DNA from: a virus
Taxonomy: Duplodnaviria; Caudoviricetes
DNA: 30,518 nt
IMG/VR virus record: IMGVR_UViG_3300049173_000141
Location: 1-30,518 of that record
Direction: 5' to 3' (one strand)
Shown here: one piece after another, positions 17,112 through 25,839 of the stretch
Position numbering within the stretch: the first letter of the stretch is position 1
Layout of the letters: every line of letters begins with the position of its first letter
The notes under the pieces: generated by a model
Seen by the model: the letters and a program-made list of their open reading frames with translations, nothing else
The model's database searches: none
Told to the model about the DNA's origin: nothing
Position numbers and translations under genes: made by a program

Positions 17112-20100
17112 ATGGCGAAAGAATTCTGGGAAGCGGACGAGAAGGTTTCGTCGTCGGACGGTGGCGAGTTCTGGAAGGGCGACGAGCCGGCGGCCAAGCA
17201 GGCGCTGCCGGCGGACGTGAAGCCATCCGAAGCGGGCGGCGGCCGCGGCTCGGTGAACCCTCCCATCCTTGCGGCGCGCCGTGCCGCGCCTGCCGATGGC
17301 GATGTCGATCTGTCCCGGCCGGCCGGCGTGCTCGCCCGGGACATCAAGCGCGGACCCGCACCGGACAAGCGATCACTGCTCGAGCGGAGTGTTGAAGGCG
17401 CAACCGAAGGGGAGCGCGACCGCCTCATCAGGCAGGAGCGTCGCGCGAACTGGGAGCAAGACCAAATCGAGGCCGGCAGACCCATCGCCACAGGCACCAC
17501 GCGCAAGCGGGAAGACACCGACGCCAACCGTGGCGCGGAGTACGCCACCGGCCCGATCGGCTCCACCGCAGCCGGCCGTGTGCTTGGCAAGGTGGCCACC
17601 GGGGTCGGCGAGGGTCTGGGCGGCATCGTGGAGGCCGTTGGCGACGTTTCGGGGATTGAGCCCTTGGCTCGCGCCGGGAAGGCCACGGCTGAGGGGGCGC
17701 AGGCGTTCAGCAAGGGCATGGGCAAGATCGGCGACATCGCCGGCTTCGGCCCGCGCAGCCCTGTGCCTTATCTCGCGGCACAGGCCGAAGGTGCCGCGTC
17801 TTCGCTCGGGCAGAGCGCCGTGCTTGCTGCTGGTGTCGGCGCGCGCAGCGTCATTGCCACGCAGGCGGCGCTTCAGGCCGGCCAGTCGTATAACGAAGCG
17901 CGGCAAGCCGGCATGAGCCCGGCCGCGGCGTTGGCCCGCGCTGTGCCGCAGGGAGCGTTCGAAGCCATTGGCGAGAAATTCAGCGGCCTTGACCGCGTGG
18001 CCGGCGCCATGGGTACGCTGCTCAAAAAGGGGGCCGGCGACGCCGCGAAGCGCACGGCCGCCGACGTGCTGGTGCGCGCCGGCATCAAGGAAATCCCGGG
18101 CGAAGTGCTCACCTATCTGGGGCAGACCGGAACGGACCTTGTACCCGGCATCGGCTTGAACCCGGACCTGACGATGGAGCAATTCCTCGACGGGCTGCGC
18201 GACACCGTGGTGCAGGCCGGGATGATGGGCAGCGCGGTGGGCGGCGGGGGCATGATCGCGCGCCGCAACGCACCGGCAGCTGCCGGCCTTCCGCCTGCAC
18301 AGCCCGCCCAGGCGCCCGCGACGCCTGAGGCTTCGCCGGCGCCAGAGCATGCGGTGGTTCCGGCGCCAGCCGTGGCGCCGGAAGCAGTTGTTCCGCTGGC
18401 GCCAGTCGCACCCGAGCCGCCGCCGGGCCCGCTGGCGCGGGCCGCCGCTACGGCATCCATCCTGAGCGATGGCGTGGTCACTGGCGAACGAGATCCATCC
18501 GCTCGGCCGAAGTCGCTGGGCGAGCAGAACGCCGCCATGGCCGAGATTGCCCGTATCGAGGCCGAGCAGGACGCCGAAGGCGAACTCACGGCCGCCATGC
18601 TGGCCGACGAGCCGGCGCCGGACGGCCAGGCCGCCACCACCCCGAAGGAGCCCAGCAATGAAACTTCGAAGCCTGAAGCGCAAGAAGATGTCAGCCCTGC
18701 AGCAGGGCGGAGCACGGATCGAGCGGACGGATCGGATGCTCGCAGCGGCGATGCACTCCAACGAGAGCCTGCGCAATCGGTGGCGACCAGCGTGCCTGGA
18801 TCTGCGGAGGCCGTCGCGCCTGACGCGGCTGGTGCAGATGGTGTAGCCGATGGCGAGGTCGCAACCCCTGGCCAGGCTGATAGCGCTGGAAAACCTGCGC
18901 CAGCGCCGCGCCCAGCGGCGCCAGCAGGCGCAAGCAAAGCCGCAGCCGCTACCACGACCTACAAGAGCGTAGAGGAAGCGGCCGACTTCGTGCGCCAGCA
19001 GCGCGCGCGTGGCACCAACATCACTGCCGTGCCGTACACGAACGAGGCCGGGGCGATCGTCCTCGCCCTAAAGGGCACGCCGGAGTACGAGCGCGGGCTC
19101 GGCCAGCGCCAGCAGCGCGTGCAGTTGAAGGCCCGCGAGGCCGCGGGCATTCGCGACGGCGACATCCTGACGAAGTCGGGCGGCGCCTTCAAGGCGAAGG
19201 TCGCGGCGATCAACGCGCAGAAGGCGGCCGGCGCGGGCCATGCCGTGGTGCCCGTCAAGGGCGGGTTTGTGGTGCGGAAGGAGGCAACCGATGTCAGCGC
19301 AAACAACGATGTTTCCGGAGTGGCTGCAACAGCCCCTCGAGGTAGGAGTGATAACGCCGGTGGAGGCGTGGCAGTTGAATTGGGAGGAGCAGGTGCACCC
19401 GGACGAGCCGCAGTACCCGCCGCACCTGTGGCTGCTGGCGAGCAAGGTGCAGTTCTTTCACCTGCCAACCGACCCGACGCTCCACTGAGCCCGCGCGACG
19501 ATAAGCTGGCTGTCAGGATCGACGTTGCCGCCAACGAAGCCGCCACCAGTCCGCTCAACGACAAGCCCGAGCCGACTGATGCCCAGAAAAAGGCCGGCAA
19601 CTACGCCATGGGCCACTTGTCGGGCAAGGACACGCAGGGTATCGACATCACCATCGAGAACCCGAAGGGCAGCGAGCGGCGCGGCACCTCGCCGGACGGC
19701 ACTGCGTGGGCGAACAAGATGGATGCGCACTACGGTTATGCGAAGCGCAGCCAGGCCGCCGATGGTGACCACGTCGACATGTTCGTCGGTCCGGCCGCCG
19801 ATCGCGCACCGACCGTGTGGGTCATCGACCAAGTCAACGCCGATGGCACCTACGACGAAGCGAAGGCCATGTTCGGTTTCATGAACAAGGCGGCCGCGCT
19901 CAAGGCCTACAAGAACAGTTACTCGAAGGATTGGAAGGTCGGGCCGGTAACCGCCATGACCGTTGCCGAGTTCAAGGCTGGACTCGAAAGCGGCCGCTTT
20001 ATGGCGCCGCTGGATGCGAGCTTGGCCACGCCCGCCGCTCCAGCGCCAGCGGGCACGCCTAAGCGCGACCTGAAGGCTGAAGGCCAAGAAGCCCTCCCGT

Positions 20101-23100
20101 TCAGTCGCAGCGCGGCTGAAGAGGGCGACACCGTCGCCAAAACACAGGCGACGGTCGACGCGATCCTGTCGAAGTGGTCGAATGCGCCGAGCGTGGTGGT
20201 CGCGCGCAACATGAACGATCCGGCGGTGCCGGCCGCGGTGCGCCAGCACAACGAGGGCCAACGGGCCCAAGGCGCCGAGGGCGAGCCCGAAGGCTTTTTC
20301 TACGCGGGCAAGGTCTACCTGCTGGCGGACCAGCTCGGCTCGCCGCACGATGTGGTGCGGGTGCTGTTCCATGAAGCGCTGGGGCATTACGGGCTCCGCG
20401 GCGCGTTCGGCGCCGAACTCAGGCCGATCCTGAAGCAGTTGGCAGGCCTGCGCCGCGCGGAGGTCGAGGCTAAGGCTCGCGCCTATGGCCTCGACGTGGC
20501 CAACGAGCAGCAGCGCCTCATGGCTGCAGAAGAAGTGTTGGCCGAGATGGCAGAGAAGACGCCGAGCATCGGGTTCGTGCGACGCGCGATCGCTGCCATC
20601 CGTTCGTGGCTGCGAGCGAACGTCCCGGGCTTCGAGAAGCTTGACCTTTCGGATGCCGAGATTGTGCGCAACTATCTGCAGCCCGCGCGTGGATGGGTCG
20701 AGCGCGGCCGCCACCAGGTGGAAGTCCCCGCCTCGGCGCAACAGCCCGCATTCAGCTTGGGCGAGAGCACGCTCCGCGAATTGAGCAAGGCCGATGACCT
20801 GTTCGCTCTGCCGAAGTCGGAGAAGACCACGGTCGAGGGAATCGCACAGGACAACGACCCCGCGATCAATGTTCGAGCGCTCAAGCCCTACGGTGGGCGT
20901 TCGGACTATTTGCTGACGCTGCCCGACGGGAACACCGCGCGGATCATGGTGCGCGAGCCAAACCCCTACGGGCCCAGCCTCTATGGCTACGACCTGACCG
21001 ACGGCGCCATGGGTGGCGAGGTCACGGAGCGGCCGGGCGAGAACCCCGAGGATGTGCCGCCGACCGGTGACGTCTGGATCGACGTTTCGCTTCTGGATCG
21101 CGGCGGCAAGGGCTACGGAGCGATGGTCTACAACATCGCCGCGACTTACGCACACAACACGGGACGAATCTTCATTGGTGATCCGGCGGGGCTGAGCAAC
21201 CACGCGCTGCGCCGCCGGCTCGAGCAGATGATCTCCAGTGCGCTGAAGTTCGGCACCACCGCTCACCTCGCGCCGCACCCGGACCAGGTGCGCGGCGGCG
21301 GTGGCGTGCCCGGGTTGCGTTGGGTTTATGGCGATCACGTCGACAACGTGGAACGCATGATTGCTGCTTCGCTCGATGCGTTGGATAATGCGTTCCCCCA
21401 GTCCAAAGTCGTTGCTTTCGACCCCGCCAATGGCACTTTCTTCAGAACCGACACAGGCGCAACCCTGTCCCGAACCCAGCTTGTTCTGGGTCTTGGACGG
21501 TCCCTCGCCGCGGCAAGAAAGGTTCCTGGAAGCCTTCCAGGAAAAGGCGAGGCTGGTTGGCGGACTGTTTCGCGAGCGGCTGTCTTCCGAGCCCTTTCAC
21601 GCGGAGAAGGCGAAGGCCGAAGCGCTTCGAACGGGCGATCCGCTGGCCTATTGGACCGCGATGGGCGAGCAATACTTCGCACCGGTGCCGAGCAGCCTGG
21701 CGAGCGCATCTTCTACAGCCGCACTGCAACGCATCCGGGTCCTGGAAGCCGAGATGACGCGACTGGCCCAGCCCGAGATAGAGCCCGTGGCGGCCTAACT
21801 GGCGCGCCGGCGGCAAAAGCCAGCCCTGCACTTGCGAGCGCCGTCTTTGGCGGCGCTCTCGAATGGACCCGCGACCAGAACGGCAAGCCCGTGAAGGTTT
21901 CGGAGCAGGCCGACAAGTACAAGGCGATCGGCACCGACGAGCGGGGCCAGATGCTCCTGCGCAAGGCTTACATCACGGCCGACCAGCTGAAACGCTGGAA
22001 AGAGTCCAAGCTCGACATATACGAGGGAGCGATCAACAACCGCTTCCGCAAACACTTCGAGTCCCCGGGCATCGTCTGGAAGGATTCTGAGCTCCGGGAA
22101 GTCTTCAAGCTCGACGACGCAGCCGTTGCCGCGTACCGCGAACTGCGGGCTACCGCTGACACCAGCATCGCCCGCCACGCGGTGGCTGACATGCTTCGCT
22201 TGGCAGCCGAAGACGGCCATGCGGTGCGAGACCAGGTGATGGGCGAGCCGCTGGAGGTGGCTTCCGAAACCCTGCGCGACCATTTGCTCGCATTGGCTGC
22301 TGCGAACCCGGAGCGCAACAAGGTGCTCACCGATCGCGCCAACGGTGTGATCGACATTGCCGATAAAGCCAATGAGCACATGGCGGCGGGTTATGTGCCC
22401 GACGACATGAAGGCCGATGCGCGGCCCAGCGAATGGGAGAGTTCGGTTCCTGGATTGGCCGACCGGCTGATCTACGAGTTCCAGGACGGCAAGGTCGATC
22501 TGAAACGCACGCAAGAAGCGATCACCCGTGCCGGCAACGCCATCGATGAGCGCTTCGACGCGCGGCTCGCCGAGACCCTGTATTCGGGTCGGGTGGCCAA
22601 GCGCAGCCAGTCCTTCTTGGAGGTGGAGGCAGCGCCGCTGTTGCGCATGATGGCGCGCATGGGCATTGGCCAGGACGAACTGGGTGACTACCTGCACGCC
22701 CGCGGCGCGCCGGAGCGAAACGCGCAGATTGCCAAGGTGAACCCGGACATGCCCGACGGCGGCGCTGGCTCGAACTCGAAGGGGCTGCTGCTGACCACTG
22801 CTGCGGCGCGGCAGTACATCGCGGATCTGCCGGCGGCGCGGCGCGCCCAGCTTGAGCAGCTGGCCGAGAAGGTCGACGCGATCATCAGCGGCACGCGGCA
22901 GTTGTTGGTGGCCGAAGGCCTCGAGAAGGCCGACACGATCGCGGCGTGGGAGGCGGCATACAAGCACTATGTGCCGATGTTCCGCGAGGATGTGGAGTTC
23001 AGCCGCCTGACGGTCCACAAGCGCGCAACGGGCTCGGAGAAGAAGGCCGTCAACATCCTCTCGCACGTCCTGATGCAGCGGGAGGCCGCAATCACGCGGG

Positions 23101-25181
23101 CCGAGAAGAACCGCGTCAACGTGGCGCTCTACGGTCTCGCGCTCACCAACCCGAACCCGGACTTCTGGGTGACTATCCGGCCGAACTCCGAAGCTGCGAC
23201 GATCCAGCAGGACCTGCAGCGCATGGGCGTTGATCCGCTCGTGGCCGAGGCCGGCATGCAGGGGGTGCCCACGATCCGCACCGTCGACCCGGAGACGGAT
23301 CGCGTGGTGGAGAGGCTGAACCCGATGTACCGCCAGTTACCGGGAGCGATCAGCGTCAAGATCAACGGCGAGCACCGCGTGCTGCTGTTGAATGAAGGCG
23401 ATCCGCGCGCAATGCGCCTGGCTGCGGCCATGAAGGGACAGGATCAGCTGACAGAGATGGACATCTCGGGTTCCATCGTAGGGCGCACCACGCGTTGGCT
23501 CGCCGCGGTCAACACCCAATACAACCCGGTGTTCGGCGTGGTGAACTTCATGCGCGACACCATGGGTGGTGTGGTCAACCTGGGGAGCACTGAACTCCGC
23601 AATGAAAAGACGCGCGTGCTCGCAGGCCTGCCAGGCGCGCTGCGTGGCATTGGCGCCCATATGGCCGGCCGGCCCGATGGCAGCCGTTGGGCGCAACTGT
23701 TTGAGCAATTCCAGATGGACGGCGGGCAAACTGGATTCAGAGAGCTTTTCCGCGATGGCGGTGAGCGAGCTCGCAACATCGAGCAGCAACTCGCGAAGAT
23801 GTCGAAGGCCGGCCGCCTGAACCCGCTGGTGGTGCCGCGCATGATGCTGTCGTTGCTGGACGGCTTCAACACCATCACCGAGAACGCTGTGCGCCTTTCG
23901 GCGTATGCTGCGGCGCTCGACAAGGGCATGAGCCGGCCCGCGGCCGCGCGCCTCGCTCGCGAGCTCACGGTCGACTTCAACCGCAAGGGCAGGGCGACGC
24001 GCGAAGTCGGACCACTTTACGCGTTCTTCAATGCCGCAGTGCAAGGCAACGAGCGCACGCTGCGCGTGCTCCGCGGTCCAACGGGCGCGAAGATCATCGC
24101 TGGCGGCCTCGCACTTGGAGTGATCCAGGCGCTTATGCTGGCCGCTGCCGGTTATGAAGATGACGAGATCCCCGAGTTCGCAAAGGCCCGCGCGTTCATC
24201 ATTCCGCTGTTCGGGCGGGAAAAGAAATACATCAGCATTCCGCTGCCACTCGGCCTGCACGTGCTTCCGAACACCGGTCGTGTGGTGACCGAAATGGTGA
24301 TCGGTGACCACAAGGGGATGGGCAAGAAGGCGTTCGACGCGCTTGGAGAGATCCTGGGCGCATTCAATCCGCTGGGCGGAGGCAATGTCACCACGCTGGA
24401 CGGGTTGCTGCGAACCGCTGCCCCTACCGTAGTTGATCCGTTCATCGAACTCGGCTTCAACAAGAATTTCGTCGGCAACCAGATCGAGCGCGATGCGCGC
24501 GGGGAATCCGACACGCGGCCGGCAGCTGCGCGGGCGCGCGAGAGCACGCAGCGTCAGTTCACCGGGCAGGCCTACATCGGCATCAGCAAGGCAATCAACC
24601 AGCTCACCGGCGGCAGCGACTTCGAGGCTGGGGCGGTCAGCCCGACTCCCGAGCGCCTGCGCTACATCGCCCAGGTGGCCGGTGGCGGCGTCGTGCGAGA
24701 GTTGGAGAAGGTTATCAACTCTTCGGTGGCAGCCAGCCGCGGTGAGAAGGTGCCGGCGAGTTCAGTGCCTGTGGCCGGCCGGTTCTATGGAGAGGTCGAC
24801 GGCGACCTGGTGGCACGTAGCCGCTACTACGAGGGCAGCAAGCGCATCGAAGCCCTTGAGGGCAGCCTGCGGGCAGCGAAGAAGGCCGGCGACGGCGCGA
24901 CTGTGGAGCGGCTGCAGCGCACGCGACCCGAGGTCGGTCTCATCAATGCGAACAACCGCGCTCAACAGGCGATTCAGAAGCTGAACAAGCAGGCGGCGCA
25001 GGTGATCGGCGACCGCGAGACGCTGCGGGAAATTGACCAGCGGCGCTTCGAAACCATGCGCGCGCTCAGCGAGGCCATCCGCGACATGGAGCGAGCCCAA
25101 CGCTCGCCAACGCTGGCCGAGCGCCTACGCACGTCAGAACAAGCGACCGCCGGGGGAAGTGTCAATGTGCGCACGCGGTGA
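17112..25181 (+). CDS. Giant polyvalent ejection protein (inorganic-pyrophosphatase-like, MPTase zincin, GNAT-like, LPD38-like)
   Basis: iPPase-like KKAGNY...IENPKGSERRG...YGY...DGDHVDMFVG...YDEAK (~19520-19990). HEALGH at 20370-20387. WIDVS...GKGYGAMVY (~20760-21600). C-terminal ARELTVDFNRKG...LYAFFNA...IPLP (LPD38-like). Confidence 0.85.
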   Translation: MAKEFWEADEKVSSSDGGEFWKGDEPAAKQALPADVKPSEAGGGRGSVNPPILAARRAAPADGDVDLSRPAGVLARDIKRGPAPDKRSLLERSVEGATEGERDRLIRQERRANWEQDQIEAGRPIATGTTRKREDTDANRGAEYATGPIGSTAAGRVLGKVATGVGEGLGGIVEAVGDVSGIEPLARAGKATAEGAQAFSKGMGKIGDIAGFGPRSPVPYLAAQAEGAASSLGQSAVLAAGVGARSVIATQAALQAGQSYNEARQAGMSPAAALARAVPQGAFEAIGEKFSGLDRVAGAMGTLLKKGAGDAAKRTAADVLVRAGIKEIPGEVLTYLGQTGTDLVPGIGLNPDLTMEQFLDGLRDTVVQAGMMGSAVGGGGMIARRNAPAAAGLPPAQPAQAPATPEASPAPEHAVVPAPAVAPEAVVPLAPVAPEPPPGPLARAAATASILSDGVVTGERDPSARPKSLGEQNAAMAEIARIEAEQDAEGELTAAMLADEPAPDGQAATTPKEPSNETSKPEAQEDVSPAAGRSTDRADGSDARSGDALQREPAQSVATSVPGSAEAVAPDAAGADGVADGEVATPGQADSAGKPAPAPRPAAPAGASKAAAATTTYKSVEEAADFVRQQRARGTNITAVPYTNEAGAIVLALKGTPEYERGLGQRQQRVQLKAREAAGIRDGDILTKSGGAFKAKVAAINAQKAAGAGHAVVPVKGGFVVRKEATDVSANNDVSGVAATAPRGRSDNAGGGVAVELGGAGAPGRAAVPAAPVAAGEQGAVLSPANRPDAPLSPRDDKLAVRIDVAANEAATSPLNDKPEPTDAQKKAGNYAMGHLSGKDTQGIDITIENPKGSERRGTSPDGTAWANKMDAHYGYAKRSQAADGDHVDMFVGPAADRAPTVWVIDQVNADGTYDEAKAMFGFMNKAAALKAYKNSYSKDWKVGPVTAMTVAEFKAGLESGRFMAPLDASLATPAAPAPAGTPKRDLKAEGQEALPFSRSAAEEGDTVAKTQATVDAILSKWSNAPSVVVARNMNDPAVPAAVRQHNEGQRAQGAEGEPEGFFYAGKVYLLADQLGSPHDVVRVLFHEALGHYGLRGAFGAELRPILKQLAGLRRAEVEAKARAYGLDVANEQQRLMAAEEVLAEMAEKTPSIGFVRRAIAAIRSWLRANVPGFEKLDLSDAEIVRNYLQPARGWVERGRHQVEVPASAQQPAFSLGESTLRELSKADDLFALPKSEKTTVEGIAQDNDPAINVRALKPYGGRSDYLLTLPDGNTARIMVREPNPYGPSLYGYDLTDGAMGGEVTERPGENPEDVPPTGDVWIDVSLLDRGGKGYGAMVYNIAATYAHNTGRIFIGDPAGLSNHALRRRLEQMISSALKFGTTAHLAPHPDQVRGGGGVPGLRWVYGDHVDNVERMIAASLDALDNAFPQSKVVAFDPANGTFFRTDTGATLSRTQLVLGLGRSLAAARKVPGSLPGKGEAGWRTVSRAAVFRALSRGEGEGRSASNGRSAGLLDRDGRAILRTGAEQPGERIFYSRTATHPGPGSRDDATGPARDRARGGLTGAPAAKASPALASAVFGGALEWTRDQNGKPVKVSEQADKYKAIGTDERGQMLLRKAYITADQLKRWKESKLDIYEGAINNRFRKHFESPGIVWKDSELREVFKLDDAAVAAYRELRATADTSIARHAVADMLRLAAEDGHAVRDQVMGEPLEVASETLRDHLLALAAANPERNKVLTDRANGVIDIADKANEHMAAGYVPDDMKADARPSEWESSVPGLADRLIYEFQDGKVDLKRTQEAITRAGNAIDERFDARLAETLYSGRVAKRSQSFLEVEAAPLLRMMARMGIGQDELGDYLHARGAPERNAQIAKVNPDMPDGGAGSNSKGLLLTTAAARQYIADLPAARRAQLEQLAEKVDAIISGTRQLLVAEGLEKADTIAAWEAAYKHYVPMFREDVEFSRLTVHKRATGSEKKAVNILSHVLMQREAAITRAEKNRVNVALYGLALTNPNPDFWVTIRPNSEAATIQQDLQRMGVDPLVAEAGMQGVPTIRTVDPETDRVVERLNPMYRQLPGAISVKINGEHRVLLLNEGDPRAMRLAAAMKGQDQLTEMDISGSIVGRTTRWLAAVNTQYNPVFGVVNFMRDTMGGVVNLGSTELRNEKTRVLAGLPGALRGIGAHMAGRPDGSRWAQLFEQFQMDGGQTGFRELFRDGGERARNIEQQLAKMSKAGRLNPLVVPRMMLSLLDGFNTITENAVRLSAYAAALDKGMSRPAAARLARELTVDFNRKGRATREVGPLYAFFNAAVQGNERTLRVLRGPTGAKIIAGGLALGVIQALMLAAAGYEDDEIPEFAKARAFIIPLFGREKKYISIPLPLGLHVLPNTGRVVTEMVIGDHKGMGKKAFDALGEILGAFNPLGGGNVTTLDGLLRTAAPTVVDPFIELGFNKNFVGNQIERDARGESDTRPAAARARESTQRQFTGQAYIGISKAINQLTGGSDFEAGAVSPTPERLRYIAQVAGGGVVRELEKVINSSVAASRGEKVPASSVPVAGRFYGEVDGDLVARSRYYEGSKRIEALEGSLRAAKKAGDGATVERLQRTRPEVGLINANNRAQQAIQKLNKQAAQVIGDRETLREIDQRRFETMRALSEAIRDMERAQRSPTLAERLRTSEQATAGGSVNVRTR
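18658..18846 (+). CDS. Candidate overprinted ORF A (+1 frame in the giant gene), 62 aa, basic
   Basis: AAGGAG at 18645-18650, 7 nt before ATG. Host frame here is a low-complexity linker with many A/T-ending codons. Confidence 0.45.
   Translation: MKLRSLKRKKMSALQQGGARIERTDRMLAAAMHSNESLRNRWRPACLDLRRPSRLTRLVQMV
19291..19488 (+). CDS. Candidate overprinted ORF B (+1 frame), 65 aa, Trp-rich
   Basis: AAGGAGG at 19278-19284, 6 nt before ATG. Globular-looking product MSAQTTMFPEWLQQPLEVGVITPVEAWQL; host frame is a Gly/Ala linker. Confidence 0.6.
   Translation: MSAQTTMFPEWLQQPLEVGVITPVEAWQLNWEEQVHPDEPQYPPHLWLLASKVQFFHLPTDPTLH
21361..21389 (+). promoter_or_regulatory. Candidate internal sigma70 promoter
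   Basis: TTGCTG (21361-66), 17 bp, GATAAT (21384-89), just upstream of overprinted ORF C. Confidence 0.45.
21430..21798 (+). CDS. Candidate overprinted ORF C (+1 frame), about 122 aa, helical
   Basis: Protein-like SPRQERFLEAFQEKARLVGGLF...DPLAYWTAMGEQYF...LQRIRVLEAEM. Host-frame codon bias weakens here. Start uncertain (frame open from 21361; no SD). Confidence 0.55.
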   Translation: MALSSEPTQAQPCPEPSLFWVLDGPSPRQERFLEAFQEKARLVGGLFRERLSSEPFHAEKAKAEALRTGDPLAYWTAMGEQYFAPVPSSLASASSTAALQRIRVLEAEMTRLAQPEIEPVAA

Positions 25182-25449
25182 GCTTCCGGTCGCAATAGTC
25201 CCGAAGCATCCGCAGCCATTCGGTCGTGACTTGCATCGTGTCCAGGTGCTTGCAAAGATCACGTTCGATGTTCAGCACCGATTGGTCGTGCGCAACGGGC
25301 TTTGCCAAGAGAGGGCCTTCGTCACCGTCGAGGTTGATGATTGGGTGATAGACCAGCATGGCGCGTGCGCCCTCTGCGATGGCGATGCCCGTAATGGCCG
25401 GCGTCGAAGGTGCCTGTTCCAGCGAATGGATCGATGAGTTACTATTCAT
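25162..25449 (-). CDS. Hypothetical protein downstream of the Arc-like gene
   Basis: Fills the gap and has normal composition. Start at 25449 or 25485. Overlaps the giant gene's 3' end by 20 nt. Confidence 0.5.
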   Translation of the reverse strand: MNSNSSIHSLEQAPSTPAITGIAIAEGARAMLVYHPIINLDGDEGPLLAKPVAHDQSVLNIERDLCKHLDTMQVTTEWLRMLRDYCDRKLTACAH

Positions 25450-25580
25450 AGTGAAAGTTCTGCTCTGACGGGGTGGGGTTTTCATCGAAGCCTCAACAGG
25501 GTCCAAGCTGTTGGGGCTTCATTCTTTGCGAGAAGCTTACGCAATCGGCTTCACATCGCGCTAGGTCAGTGAGCACTTTT

Positions 25581-25832
25581 TTAATTGGCCGGCGAGGCGG
25601 GTTGCGCCACACTGATTTCACTGCCCGGTGGCGGCACCAACGCCCCATCCCTCTTTTCGCGCGCGAGTCGCACTTCTCTCGCGATCTGCCGAACCCGGGA
25701 TTCTTCGAGCCGCCGCACAATTTCGCGGTTGAGGTTGCCGTTCTCGTGCTCCACCGATTCATGCATGAGCCACTTCTTGAGATCGGGCGGGAGCCGCACT
25801 GGTGTGGGCATTGGTTGAGGTGTTTTCTTCAT
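25581..25832 (-). CDS. Arc/Mnt-family ribbon-helix-helix protein
   Basis: TPVRLPPDLKKWL...NLNREIVRRLEES. Confidence 0.8.
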   Translation of the reverse strand: MKKTPQPMPTPVRLPPDLKKWLMHESVEHENGNLNREIVRRLEESRVRQIAREVRLAREKRDGALVPPPGSEISVAQPASPAN

Positions 25833-25839
25833 GCAAACG

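Noticed and set aside
17269-17916. Other +1-frame ORFs in the giant gene (17269, 19525, 20485, 23566, 24433)
   Set aside because: Arg/Pro/Ser-rich shadow composition, no good SD noticed, and mostly over conserved-looking host domains, unlike ORFs B and C.
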